This document shows positions 12,595-25,786 of a stretch of 64,000 nt of DNA, piece after piece. Source of the stretch: Okamejei kenojei. Lineage: Eukaryota. The position numbers and the translations under genes are program-made. The DNA is taken from NCBI GenBank assembly GCA_035221665.1, contig CM069164.1, forward strand, positions 14,260,001-14,324,000, written 5' to 3'. How positions within the stretch are numbered: position 1 is the stretch's first letter; each line of letters starts with the position of its first letter. The notes below the pieces were generated by a model that saw only the letters and a program-made list of their open reading frames with translations, ran no database searches and was not told where the DNA came from.

Positions 12595-13070
12595 GCCGGT
12601 CAGGCAGCATCTCTGAAGGAAATGGATTAATGACGTTTTGGGTCAGGACCCTTCTTCAGACTGATTGTAGTGTGGGGAGGGCGCGAGGTGAGAGACTGAA
12701 AGTGAGTTTTTAAAAAACATGACAAATCGGGGCCAGCAACAGGCAAGGAGGTTCTCCGCTACACTAATTGTTGGCTAGAGATGATGCAAGCCCAAGAGGG
12801 ATACATCTAAGTTTAGAACTAGTTAATGGACTTTTACAGGGGGGGGGGGGGGGGGAGAGGAAAGAGAGGGGTTTGTTGATGTTAACTAAAATATGTCCTG
12901 GTTTTTTCTCGTATCCAGCAACCCCCCCCTCCCCACCACTACAATCAGTCTGAAGAAGGTACCCAGCTCAAAACATCACATCCATTTTCTCCAGAGATGC
13001 AGCCTTACCTGCTGAGTCACTCCAGCACTTTGTGTCTAACTTTCATATAAACCAGCATCTGCAGTTCCAT
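12595..13070. repeat. Inverted pair of Penelope-tail units with ~250-bp spacer
   Basis: CTTCTTCAGACTGATTGTAGTG (12652-12673) mirrors CACTACAATCAGTCTGAAGAAG (12937-12958). Confidence 0.8.
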
Positions 13071-14206
13071 TATATTACATTCAAGATGGAGATTGACATT
13101 CAAATTGAACTAGAACAAAAGGTCATATGAAAGACGTGCTGAAACCAAGATTGAATTATCCAAAATATTATTAAAGGGAGGGTCAATTGGCCAAATAGTT
13201 TTATAATTTTCCAATATTAAAAATAATCCAATCCATACAGGTTCATATTGTTTGCCAACAATTCCCAAAGAATTGTTCAGAATGTTGCAGCTGTTCCTTT
13301 ATTCCATAGAATTCAGTAGACGGAGGACAAAGCATTGATAGTGAAGGTAAAACCCAATAGGAGAATGGTCAAGCATGAAACAAAGATAAAAGCCAAAAGC
13401 TGCTGAATCAGAACAATATGGGAAAATAAAGAAATGATTGAGAAATTAAGAGCATTGTATTAGTCTTCATGAAGTATACAGAAATGTTCTGTACCGATTC
13501 AAACAATCTCTATCTTATGTAAACTACAGAATTCTGAAGTGTTTGACAAGGTAGTTGCAGAGTTCTGGTGTGTAAAACCAGATTTCAAGAAAACAAGTGC
13601 TCTGGAGAAAGGTTGTGGGTGAGTAATTCAAAAGACAGAGTGTGAGATATTAATGGAATTGAGACATATTAATTGAAGAATCAAAGGATAAGGTTAGTAT
13701 AGTAAACTAACTCCAAGGTAAAAGAACAGCCATGTTTGCATTTAAGACTTGGTCCTGCTTCCATTATGTGATCCACAGATATCTTGAAAGTAATAATATC
13801 TCCACACTTATTTTAGTTCTGATGAAAGAACATTGAAATTAAATGTTATCATTACTCACTCAGATGCTCTCTGGGCTGCTAAAAGTTCCTAGCATTTTTG
13901 TTTCTTTCAAAAACAAAGAGATATTTTTGATTTCAAGCAAAACCATTCATCCAAGGTGGAGATGTGGAACAGATTCATGGAATGGTCACCGATTGTCAAC
14001 CCTAATGGGTCAGTCACTTTAGAGCATCTCAAGTTGCCAAAAGACATTTTCCATTTTCAAGAATGCTATCCTTACTATGGCAAGTAAAACCAGGAGGAAG
14101 GGAGCTCCAGAGAAAGGTCGTCTCTCTAGAGATCCCAATAAAAATTCCAGTTTTAGCTTCTCAGTATTTTAAAGTTATATAAGACAACAAACACAAATAC
14201 ACTCAC

Positions 14207-14298
14207 TTGTTATTGTCAGTGTTCCCACGTGACTTTTTGTAGTTAGCATACTCTTCCAGAACAGTGTCAACATTCTTTTTAGCAGGCAAGTGAAACAG
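14207..14298 (-). CDS. MORF4L1: MORF4L1 exon 9 (LFHLPAKKNVDTVLEEYANYKKSRGNTDNN/K)
   Basis: Acceptor ttaaag|, donor AA|gtgagt, 92 nt. Visible at the end of ORF 14203..14385. Confidence 0.96.
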
Positions 14299-15269
14299 CT
14301 TTAAAGACATATAATTGCTGGTTAGGATGTATAGCCATATTACAAATACATGAATGTTGGTCAATCCTGCAACATTAATTCTCAATTATTAAAAGTAACA
14401 ATCTACTCTACCAATTAATTGCAAATATATTTAAAATTCTAATCATATAAATAAATTTGTAGTTCACCGAACACATCTTTTATTTATCCAATCTCAGCAA
14501 TGTTTATTTTCCGCGATGTAAAGAGTGCAGTAACAATGGTCAAAACTCAAAGCCGTTTTATAATATTTAAAAAAAAAGTGGCTAATGTTTTCGAACAATG
14601 CCTCAAACGTGTTAACTAATAGACAGAACATGAAGAAAAATGTCAAGGAATTGCAAACAACATGTTGCACTTTTATATCATCAAGCAAGTGAAATGTGTC
14701 TGGAATTAGAATCAGAGGATAGGGCCATACAGTCCACCTCATCTCTGTGGACCCTACTACCAATCTATGCTAATTCCAAATGCCTGTGTTAAGCCATTCC
14801 TGTCCAAATGCCTTTTAAGCATTGTAATAGTACAGCGAGTCTCTGGTTACAAGAGATCTATCCATAGAACTGTCTGTGAACTACTTTTTCTGCAAGTCAG
14901 AAACAACTAATTTCAATGAAAGCTGATTAACATTAAAATTAATTTATTGTCTTTCTGTGTCATTACAATGGCGCAGAATCAGAAGGTCCCACATTGAATA
15001 ACTAGTTTTGATGGCTTTAAAGTGTCAATTTATGTTACAGGGTTTGATAATGTTACAAATGTCAATTGAAGAGATTTGCACGTCAAATCTTTTAAATAAC
15101 TTCATATATACATTTTTACTTGAAGACTGGATATCATTCAAATTTACTAGCTGCTACTCCAATTCTATAATTCCTGAAGGTGTTTGCATTTCTGTAACTA
15201 ACTTTTTTTCTTGAAAAATTGATGGGGGAATTTGCATAAAGTAGGGCAAGTAAATCAAGTCTCCTGAAA

Positions 15270-15850
15270 TCTGCCTCCTTTACTTCCTCTGGCAGCTTGA
15301 GCAGAATATTCATTACCCTGTGTGTGAAAAACAACCCCTTCAGATCTCCTTTAAATTTATACCCTCTCACCTTCAACCCGTGCTCTTTCCCTGCTCTGGG
15401 TAAAGATTTTAACTATCCTATCCTATCGATCCTATCTATGCCCATCAATTTTATAAACCTCCATGAGGTCACTCTTCAACCTTGTATGTTCTAGTGAGAA
15501 TAAGCACAGTCCACCCAATCTCTCCCATTGCTACAGCCTTCCATTCCAAGTAAAATCCTGGTGAATCTTATCTGCACTCTCTCTGTTGCTACCATATGCT
15601 TCCTCTACTGTGTTCAAATCTGTGCACAATACTCCAAGTATGTGCCAACCGATGTCTTGTCCACTCTTGTAGGTCAATGCTCGGCCTTTGAAGGCAAGCA
15701 GACCAATGCCTATCTATGTGCATCCCCACTTTCAGGGAGGTCCAGACTTGCACCCCGAGGTGAATATCATCGTTCCAGGCCCCTTGCCGTTTACTCTTTG
15801 CCCTAACATGTCCGTCCAAAGTGCTTTACCCCATACTTGTCCGAATTAAA
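15270..15850 (-). mobile_element. CR1-like LINE fragment
   Basis: KVRGYKFKGDLKGLFFTHRVMNILLKLPEEV in ORF 15134..15376. Confidence 0.7.
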
Positions 15851-17651
15851 TTATTAATTTCCTGTATTCAGAAAGAAACAGGCTACAACAGTTTACGGCA
15901 ATTTTTGCAATTAGGTATCAAAATGCAAATGTTATGCTCTAAAGTTACTGAACTAAAGAGATCTGAATTATTGGAGCATATTCACGTGTTGATACGTATT
16001 ATTGAAAACCCATCTCATTCACTATCTTTCCAGAGAGAAAAAAATGTCATCCTTATACAGTTGAGGGTTAAGAGCCTGTCCTCTGCCCTGTAAAACAGCT
16101 GAGCATCATGCAGCTCAAGAGACCATTAGGGAGGGACTGTATACATTGACTTGGACAGCAATATCAATGCCCAACAGTTGATCATTCACACATGCTCACA
16201 CACATCCATCCTCAACAACATATTGAACTTACTCTCCCTCACTGTAAAGCCCATTAGAAGTATAAAAGCTTTGACCATAGCTTGTGCAAAGTCAACTTCT
16301 TTATTGACCCCCTGACTAAAGAAACATTAGGTACTAAGCTCAAACCTCCATTAGTATTAGACTGACACAGCAATATTACGGTTGGTTTCAAAATGTAAGT
16401 CGTGTCCGTCCCGTCCCCTCCCCCAATGAGCAAAACGTTAGGAGACAAGGAAATGCAGATGTTGGAACCTTGAGTAAAAAATACAAAGTGCTGGAGGAAC
16501 CCAGCAGGTCAGGCATCACGAGAAGGGAATGGATAGGCAATGTTTCAGATTCAGGTTCTTCCAGAGAAGGTGCCCAACCTAAAATATCACCTATTCATTG
16601 CCTCCACAGATCCTGCCTGACCTGCTGAATTATTCCAAGCTTGTTTTATTCAGTGAAACGTGTTTACTAATCATTTCCAAATTATTTTTTTATCCATAGT
16701 TGCAAACCAAAGACTATTTTACTGTATGTTATGAAGTAATAAATTGAGCACATTTAGATAACAAAGGACATTTCCGGTAATATCCTATTAACTGACTATT
16801 TAATGAAATTACTTTCTAGATTCAATTGGATCTGGGAATGGAATTTAATACATTTTATCAGATGTAACATCCCCAGGGAAATCTTTTGCTTTAAGAACAG
16901 CAGTCATCACTTGCAAGATGCTTAATCTACACAATTTGCTTAGAGAGTGTGATCTCAGAGGCAAATTACAGATTACTGGAAACCAAAGTTGTTTGGAATT
17001 TCACCTTTCTATATACAACGAGAAAGGAAAAATGTGGGCAGCTGCTGGAAAATAAAAGGTAGTATTGGCACATAGAGCTCACAATTTTACAACGTGGCAA
17101 GGCTTTTGGAGACTTCTTCTACTATCCCAAAATGTGACACCACCACCAAACTGTCCTGCCTGCAATACATTTGTGACAGTCGTTAAACGTGTGGCTACAG
17201 GGAAATTGCAAATTTGGTGGCCTTTACTGCTTAAACATTTAATGGCAGTTTTGCTTAGAATTAGGACTGAAGCCCTGCAATCTTTCCACTCCATTTTCAT
17301 TGGTCTAACAGTCTGAACCCAAGATGAAAGACTACTAATATTGCTAAACAATAATACCCCTTTAAAAAAAAAAAACTTGAGGCCCACCTAATAAGGAAGC
17401 CCATTTCAACAGAGTAAATGCAAGGTATCCTGAGTCAGGACCCACAACAGTTCATCCTGCCTGAAAATCTGAGATAAACCAATAGTAAAGGAATTAAAAA
17501 AAAACTAAAATCACAAAATATTATATGAAGCAGCAGCTCAGCTCACCTACCTTTCCATTAAATGCATTTTTACAATTTATTTAAAACGCTCCCTGTAGCT
17601 GCAAGCCTTACTCTGTCGTTTAGGTTTAAAGCAAATGGGTGCAGTACTAAC

Positions 17652-17753
17652 CTGCTTTTGACGAGTGATCAGGTCCCAATCATCCACGAGCCATGGTTTC
17701 AACTCCTCTGGTATTTTTACCTTTACTTCAACCCTGTTCATAAATGTCTCCTC
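17652..17753 (-). CDS. MORF4L1: MORF4L1 exon 8 ([34 protein letters not shown]), start of MRG domain
   Basis: Acceptor ctgcag|, donor CAG|gttagt, 102 nt. Confidence 0.97.
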
Positions 17754-19762
17754 CTGCAGAAGTCAAAGAATCGCCAAATTAAGGATCCCCTCAGATATGT
17801 ATTTGACATCCATTTTGCAGTGCTGTTTCAAAATTCCCCATTCGCATACATTGCAATTATTTTTGTTCATTACTACAATTAGAAAACAAAAAACAACTTA
17901 TGCCCTCTCAAAGCTGTGACCAGATGAGGGTCCATAGGCATAAGCACCAGGTATGAGTTTGACGGGGTGCTACGACTGTACTCCAGCACTGTATACAGAT
18001 ATCTGGTTAGAATCCATCCTGCATTATTTTATTCAGTTATAGGAAGGATATTTTCACCTTGTGATGGACTGCAGGAACCATTACCAAAATCATACTGGAA
18101 GTGATGAAATGCTGGAGGCCTGGTTGCTCAGATACATTTTATATTCCTGCTAAAATTTGGTGCCTTATGCTCAGGGGTGGCCTTGAAATATTTTCACACG
18201 GTGGAGGCAGAAATCGAAAGCTCTTTTCCCACAGAGCTACGGAGTCAGGGGAGATATCTGAAAATTCCAACACTTGGGAATAGGGATCAGGAATATGCTG
18301 ATGGGGGCATGGTAATTAATTTATGGGACTAATGTGGCCCAGAGGCCACATTGTTGATCTGTATACACACACACATTTACATACTTTCATTGGAGCTGGG
18401 AAATTTAAATTAAATAAATACATCTGAACTTTACCCAAAAAAGTTTCAGAATTATTGTAAAATGCATGTTCACTTTTGGCATTCTAATCTGGTCCAGTCT
18501 ATGTGACTCCAGACCCACAACTAATCTCAGTTTCAGGGCTGTAAAATATAAGAATGAAATGCTGGTTTGGCCAGTGATACCAACATCACTTTTATAACAT
18601 TTTACTCACACAATCCCTCTTCCATTGCCTACCAGTGGTTCACGGTCACATCTGCAGAACGAATAAAAGCATTCCCCAAAACTGTCACCCAATCTAAGTT
18701 TGGTCTCCAGATGTGGAGGACACTGCACCGTGCGCAGCAAATGGAGCTTTCAATTTAATATCCTGTATAAGTAAATAACTGATGAAGTAAATATCTCGTA
18801 TACGTAAATAACTCAATAAACAAATGACAGTCACAACAAATTAATCACAAATTAATATTTGTTGGTGTTGCTTTGGAATTAACAGGCCGGCCCAGGTTCC
18901 TGCACGAGTGGCCAAGAACTATTCGTAACCCAAACAGTTCACGTAGAAATTGCTAAATGTGTTCCCACCATCAAACACATCCCACCAGTCTCCCAAATAC
19001 TGGGTGTACACAAGTTGGGTGTTTGTAAGTTGCCGGGTTTATGTATACTCTACGACCATCAAACTCCGTTTATTTATTCTCAGAGAATGTGGTGAACCAG
19101 TCCCCTTGACTGATGAAAGTGTTAACATTTTGTAGGGCTCTATGCCACCCATTCCATAGTGATCATGAACCATGAGACAAGGGGAAATAACACCCTGTCT
19201 TTTCTCCTCCTGCCAAGGCACAACATCCAAATAAGCATGCTTACTTGCAACTGTCTTTGGGCAGTGCTCAGGAGCCAAAACCACCCGTGACTTGTCATCT
19301 CCTGAATTTGATTCAAATTGTGACAGACTCTCACTTATTTCACATTGTCAATTCCCACTGCAGTTGAGATAAGCCATCTCAAAGTTGAATCCAGAACATT
19401 TAGCTCTACATCTTGATTGATCAGGAATCTCAATGTGACACTGTCAGAGGGAGGGAAGTGGGCCAATTGACTACTGAAATAACCAACATTAAAATGCAAC
19501 ATTTTGAATGTATGTGTGCTAGTACCAGTTTTTTAAATGCATATCTTTCTGCAATGTACTGTATGATAGATAACACATCACATTAAATGACCCATCTCCA
19601 CTGGGCAACACTGATACATAACAGCACCACTAGGCAATAATGCAGTAATGTTTGGTCATACACTAGTTAAGAATTAAATTTATGCCAGCGTAAATTCTGG
19701 CGTTGCTACTGGATATTTGGCACACATTCAGTCACTATGTCACATTCCAACAAACTACATAC

Positions 19763-19851
19763 ACTTTCCATTGTGGGGTCCACTCTTGCCCTTTTCTTCC
19801 TGGGTGGTTGTGGAGTTTCACTGGTGCTACTTCCATCACCAGCTGTGGGGG
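19763..19851 (-). CDS. MORF4L1: MORF4L1 exon 7 (APTAGDGSSTSETPQPPRKKRARVDPTMES), contains the basic NLS-like RKKR
   Basis: Acceptor ttttag|, donor AGT|gtatgt, 89 nt. Confidence 0.96.
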
Positions 19852-20334
19852 CTAAAATAAAAAAAAGTTAAACAGCTTACTTGTAGGCAATTTTCTGCTA
19901 CAAAACAGCATTATTACTTTCAAAAAAAGTTTTCATTGTAATGTAACTGTCTAATCCATCTGAAAGATACAACATATCGACAGTTTGCAGACAGGACTGT
20001 CAAAGGTTTAGGCCAATGTATAATGTGTACAATCACCTTGTTAACCACTGATGAAGTGCTGCACAAACTGCCGAGAGAAATGGTCAAACCAATTAAGAAG
20101 CTGTAGCCATCAGAATACACACATCCCAAGAATAATACCACCAATCAATCTTGAATGTGCTTGATTAATACAAGTAGACATCAGCTAGGCAGTTTGAAGA
20201 CTATTCCAAAGAGAGGAAAACAATATTTGTCAGCTTACTTCATTCTGCAAATCCTCCAAACCCCAAGCCCAAAATATTTATTGGATCTTGGATATCCACA
20301 GAGGAAGTTGCCATTTCATTCACTGTCAATAAAC

Positions 20335-21530
20335 ATGCTTTCCCACCCCTCCTCCCCTGCTGTGGATGTAGCCTCCACCCATGTCCCGTAGTTCTATCCT
20401 CACTCCCCCTCCCTCCAGAAGGACAAGGATAGAGCTACCCTGGTCTTGCTTCTCACCTTTCACCCCACCAATCTCTGCATCCAATACATCATTCCCTGAC
20501 CTTTCTGCAACTGCCAGAGACCCGGGTTCCATCCCGACTACGGGTGCTGTCTGTACGTTCTCCCCGTGACCTGCGTGGGTTTTCTCCAAGATCTTCGGTT
20601 TCCTCCCACACTCCAAAGACGTACAGGTATGTAGGTTAATTGGCTTGGTGAATGTACAAATTGTCCCTAGTGGATGTAGGATGGTGTTGATGTGCGGGGA
20701 TCGTTGGTTGGCACGGACCTGGTGGGACCAGGTACGTTCCCCTAAGACAACAGGAGATGTAACACTTGTCCCTACACCACCTCTCACCTCTATCTTGGGA
20801 CCCTGCAATTTTTCCAGCTGAAGCAGAAGTTCACATGCACCTCTTCAAACCCTGTCCTCTGCATCCATTGTTCTCAATGTGTTTCCTGTTACATTGGCAA
20901 GATTAAGCATAGACCAAACACCTGCGCTCAGCCCACCAAGGCCGGCTGGATATCCCAGTTGATAACCATTTTCTTTCCCCTTCTCATTCCCATGTTGACC
21001 TTTTGGTCCTTGGCCTCCTCCATTGCTAGAGTGAAACTTGGAACAGTACCTTGTATTCAGCTTGAGTAGCTTAAACCCAATGGTATGAACTTTGAATTTC
21101 CTAATTTCACGTAATACCCACCTTCGTTCCTTTCCCCCACCTTGTTATGCACAAACATTTCCCACCCCATCCAAGCCACCCAGTTCTTTTTCCTTCCTCT
21201 GTACACTCATCTACCATCCCCTTTCATCCATATCCGGCTTCACATTTCACTCCTCTTTCCTTATCTGACGCCTTTTGCCCCCTTTTCACCTGCAGACTGT
21301 CACTTACTCCACACATCTGCCAATCAATCCCTCCACCTTTATCCACTGATCACTTGCAGACTTTGTCCCACACCACCTCTTTTCCAGCTTTCTCCCTCGT
21401 TCCACTAGTCTGAAGAAGAGCTCCTACCCAATTCATCATCTGTCCATTCCCACCACCAATGCTGCCTGATCTGCCAAGTTCCTCCCACATGTTTTTTACT
21501 CAAGATTCCAGCATCTGTGATCCCTTGCAT
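20335..21530 (+). mobile_element. Penelope-like retroelement 3' fragment (GIY-YIG endonuclease and 3' tail), interrupted by a SINE
   Basis: Decayed translation LLLTFHPTNLCIQYII, RRCNTCPYT, TCTSSNPVLCIHCSQC..YIGK. Pyrimidine-rich tail and a decayed CTGAAGAAG unit near 21409. Confidence 0.8.
20512..20727 (+). mobile_element. V-SINE (HE1-like tRNA-derived SINE) nested in the Penelope-like fragment
   Basis: B-box-like GGGTTCCATCCCG and V-domain TTCTCCCCGTGACCTGCGTGGGTTTTCTCC...GGTTTCCTCCCACACTCCAAAGAC. Confidence 0.8.
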
Positions 21531-22477
21531 CTCCTGATCACCTCTGTTGGCTCCAAGTCATGTTTGGTCCCAGAGCACCAGCTTTATTATAATTAGCAAC
21601 TTTTCTGATAGTCCTCTGGATCCCAACAATTACATTAAAACGTTTCTCCCAATTGTTCTTCTGCAGTTCATAATCTGACCTCTATTATCCATTCTCCAAA
21701 GATAATTTTTTTTCTCTATTAATTCTATCACATATTGAAAAAGGCCAATATCTTTTGCCCTTCTGAAAGCCTTAAGAGAAATTCATCAGTCACCAATCTT
21801 TTCCCTATACAGCTTCGGCCGCACAAATGAAGAAATCAGATAGGCAGTGATAATGATGATCACGTCAAACTGGTTTTAACATCATCACCTGCGTCAGACC
21901 TGTATTCAGCTATTAATCCCAGTATTATACAGTTCAATTAATTAACAAAATGGCAAAAGACTATGCAACTGAGAAAACAGTTAAAATGCATTAATGGATG
22001 CTCCTCAAAATTAAAAACTAAACAATGAAATAATTTGTGCTATCATTTCAATAATTGACAGCAGTGCTACAGCTAGATCAATTAAGCACTGTAGTGTCAT
22101 ACATAGAAGACTAATCATTTTGAAAAGACTGGGATGTTGCTCTATGTATCATTGCAAAGGCATCAGTTAGTAATGGCATAATTATATTTCTGAGATCAAA
22201 CATCACCAAGAGTAAAAAAATGACCCTATTCAAAATAATTATACGGGGATGTATTACATCTATACAGAAGCAAGATGGGGACTTCTGGTTAGCATCTCAT
22301 TTGTAAGAGTGACAGTCTCAGGCTTTTATTGCTCAAGTATCTGGTCCCACCTTAATCACAGCTGACACCAGTAAGAAACTAACTCAAGATTTTGTATGCA
22401 AGCAATAACATTAGGCAATTGTTCGAAGGTTCTACACAATAGCGAAGATTTGAATAATAGGTTTTAAGCAAGCTTAC

Positions 22478-22503
22478 CTTTCTGTTTATTCTTCTTTGTT
22501 TTT
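22478..22503 (-). CDS. MORF4L1: MORF4L1 exon 6 micro-exon (KTKKNKQK)
   Basis: Acceptor tttcag|, donor G|gtaagc, 26 nt. Needed to keep frame between exons 5 and 7. Confidence 0.93.
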
Positions 22504-23619
22504 CTGAAATAAAATTAAAAATTATGAATTATGTCAAACATAAATGCAATTCTTTAGTCTCAATGAAGAAACACTTTCAAATAATAAGCCAGCAAATAGA
22601 GTTTTACTGCAAAGTGCAAAAATGCACCTTGCACTGTATTCAGGAAATTAGTGTGAGAAATCAAAACTATAAGTTTTCATTGCAACAGACACGTTATCTT
22701 ATTTAATAATCTTGCTGAAAAACAGTTTCTTAGCTTACTTTCTGCTGGTTAGGGACATGGGGATGTCACTGCTGCAATAGACATTTCTCCTTCCTATTCC
22801 TCAAATGTCACGCTCTATCCTTTATATAGCCATAGGCATTGAAGAGACTGCCAGAGCAAACATTCACTTGGAATACATTCCCATTAACATTATTCTCATT
22901 AATGAGCAAGTAACAATTACAAAAATGAATCAATCTATTTAGCCTGCTTGTGCTACCTTTGAACGGGTGCAAAATGTTTTAATTCCATTTACGACATTTT
23001 CTCGGTATGATTTTACACTTTATTTAGATATTCAATGTTATTGAAGTTACTGCTCACTTTTCAACTCACGTTGCCAGGCGTTCATTTTCCAACATGTGCA
23101 AGCAAAATATTTCTATAAATGTTCGCATTCTCTCTCAAATCAACCACTTAACAATTCTAGCAGACTTGCATGGTTAACATTATTTGTGACAAATTTTTCA
23201 TCCAAGTACATTGTCATTTGGAACATGCAGACAATCTATATACCTACGTGAGGGCAAGGAAAGAAGGGTGATGATGGGAAACATCAAAAGTTTACTCTTC
23301 CTTACGTTGAAGAGTTTTCAATGGAAACGGCAAAAATGTTATCATAAAAATTCACTAGGCTTAGGTCCCAAAACGTTCTCCTGTCGCAGCACGTTTAAGT
23401 TGTGTATTAGGGTCAACTGGCTGAGTGTTTGAAGAGTACAAGGACATTTCAAAGGAACTTTCTGAAAGTTGAGTTCAGTAGTTTATTTAAAAATCCAAGC
23501 AAAGCCTTCCTCAAATCAGAATGCCCCAAATATCAGTGTTTAAAAAACCCATCTCACCCACCACAGATGAACATTATGAATCTGCAAGCATGCAGATATT
23601 TTAACCATGGATGCAAACC

Positions 23620-24200
23620 TAATTCTTCGGTAGACTTTGGCATGTTGTCGAATAATCTCTTGAATTCCTACAGGTGTATGTATAGAGGAAAGCATACCAG
23701 CCTGGTTCAAATGTTGAAAATAATCAAGGCTCTAGAAAGTAGTGGACATTGCCCAATCCAGCACAGGTATTGACCTCCCCACAAACGGATCTACAGGAAA
23801 CACTACATCGAGGCAGCAGCTAATAAAACAAACCCTCACCACCCTGGCTGCACGCTCATCTCACTACAGCCGTTAGGAAGATGGTACAAAGATTTGAGAA
23901 CAGTTACCTCCAGGTTCAAGACCAGCCTCACCCCATTAACCATTAGGCTCTTGAACCGCTCTGCACAAACCTTCCTCAACAATGCACCACTATGGATTTT
24001 GCGTACAGTTGATCTATGTATTTCAGCTTGCACTATTGTGGTCTGGTTACCCAGTATAACTGATAAAGATACAACAAACAATTATTATTTGATTACAATA
24101 ATTTATTTGATGTGCTGTTGCATTGATGCGCTTGTAGAGTTGCAGCTGGTAAGAATTTAATTGTTCTGGTCCTGGTGAAAATGACAATTGAGCACTTGAC
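23620..24200 (+). mobile_element. Rex1/Babar-like LINE 3' fragment
   Basis: Decayed HHPGCTLISLQPLGRWYKDLRTVTSRFKTS, resembling the HP.H.LFS.LPSGRRYR.L..RT.RF.NSF C-terminal motif. Confidence 0.7.
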
Positions 24201-24452
24201 TTTCCTCAATTCAATCCAAACTGCCCACATTAATGCTCTGCAGGAGTTATCTCCCACTCGACTTCATCTCAAAACATCACCATTTTTTTTAAGCCTTTCG
24301 CCCTTATTTATCTACATTCTATATATTACAGCCATGCCAATGGCCTCAAACATACAATGTGGATGTGAATTCTCGAGTCTTATTACTATAGAAATTCTCT
24401 TGAATTAGCCCATTAGTGTATTATCATATATTGATAGATCCAAGTCACTTAC

Positions 24453-24533
24453 ATTTCAACATTCTTTTGTTGCATTGTGGAAGCCTTCTTGGCCGGTGCA
24501 GCGCCCCTCATCTTGCCCTCTGCCCATTGCTCT
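24453..24533 (-). CDS. MORF4L1: MORF4L1 exon 5 (EQWAEGKMRGAAPAKKASTMQQKNVE/I)
   Basis: Acceptor gtttag|, donor AT|gtaagt, 81 nt. Confidence 0.95.
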
Positions 24534-25551
24534 CTAAACAGTTTAAAATAAAATCACAAGGAATGAGGCACTGCTCAAACATCAGCATTAATAGTTTGGA
24601 GATGCATTCATTTATACATCATTAAATATTCCAGTTCCACGTCATCAGCTTCAACGATCCATGATAAACTGTTTTGTTCACATTCAAATTGAAAGTACAC
24701 ATTGGCAAACTCTCAGTATAATCATATTCTGCTCGGCCAATAACGCAAGTTGTATTGCAAGCGCCCATATTTTAAAAAGCACCATTGTCTGTAAAGTACT
24801 TTGGGATAAGGACATTGTGAAAGTCAATGTGTAAATAGGTCACTCGCCTGCTTTACACAAGCTGACTATTGCATTCTGTCCTTAATAATTCTAAGTTTCA
24901 AGATGGGAAATTCATTTCGTTTTTCCGTTTTTTGAGTCACACAACCCAGAAACAGGTCCTTCAGCTCATCGTGTCCAAGTCGACTGCCCATTTACTCCAA
25001 TCTTGTTTTATTCTTCCAATATTCCTCTCACGCGTCCCAAGTTTCAACAATTCACCTGCATAGCAGAGATAGCCATTTGACAGTAGCCAATTAATCTACC
25101 AAACTAGTCTTAGAAAATGGGAGGAAATGTAAGCACTGGGAGGAAACCTATCTCACGAGAAAGTGCAGATTCCATACAGACAGCACTATAAATCAGAATT
25201 GAACAAAAGTTGTTGGAACCGAGACAGCAGTCCTAATCATCGCGCCCTCCTTCCCTTTTAATTATTGCTGTTTTTCTTAGACTTCTCAGAGTTTTCAATT
25301 CGGATATAGAATGGCATAAAGAATTTTGGTCAGCTCTTCTTGTACTCCATGCAACAGTGTGTCCAGTTTTCTTTGATAACGCTTCCTGAAGGGTTTCAAG
25401 CCATTTTATTATGTTATAGAGGCTGTATAGAGATTGCTGCTTGCCCAACCAATTGAAGAAAAAGTTGGCTTTATCCTAAAATGTTTAGTTCCCAAGTCCC
25501 GTGGCCAATAAGTTTAATTTCTTCTTTCATCAATACCACTCGCATACTCAC

Positions 25552-25638
25552 TGATTAGCCTTTTGTAGTTCTTTCTGCTTTTGCAGGTTTGTGTCCACAT
25601 ACTTCAGCACTCTGCTTTCTGGAACCCATTCATCCCAA
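25552..25638 (-). CDS. MORF4L1: MORF4L1 exon 4 (WDEWVPESRVLKYVDTNLQKQKELQKAN/Q)
   Basis: Acceptor tttttag|, donor CA|gtgagt, 87 nt. Contains the WDEWV motif. Confidence 0.97.
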
Positions 25639-25786
25639 CTAAAAACAGAGAGAGAGAGATTAATAAGACAAGACGAAAGCAAAGTACTTGAAAAAAGAAA
25701 TCATCTTATCTGAAAATGTCAGGCTTTATTTCTCGACATTACTGAAAATGTTTAAAAATATCAAAAGAGTTTGAATTTAAACAAGC

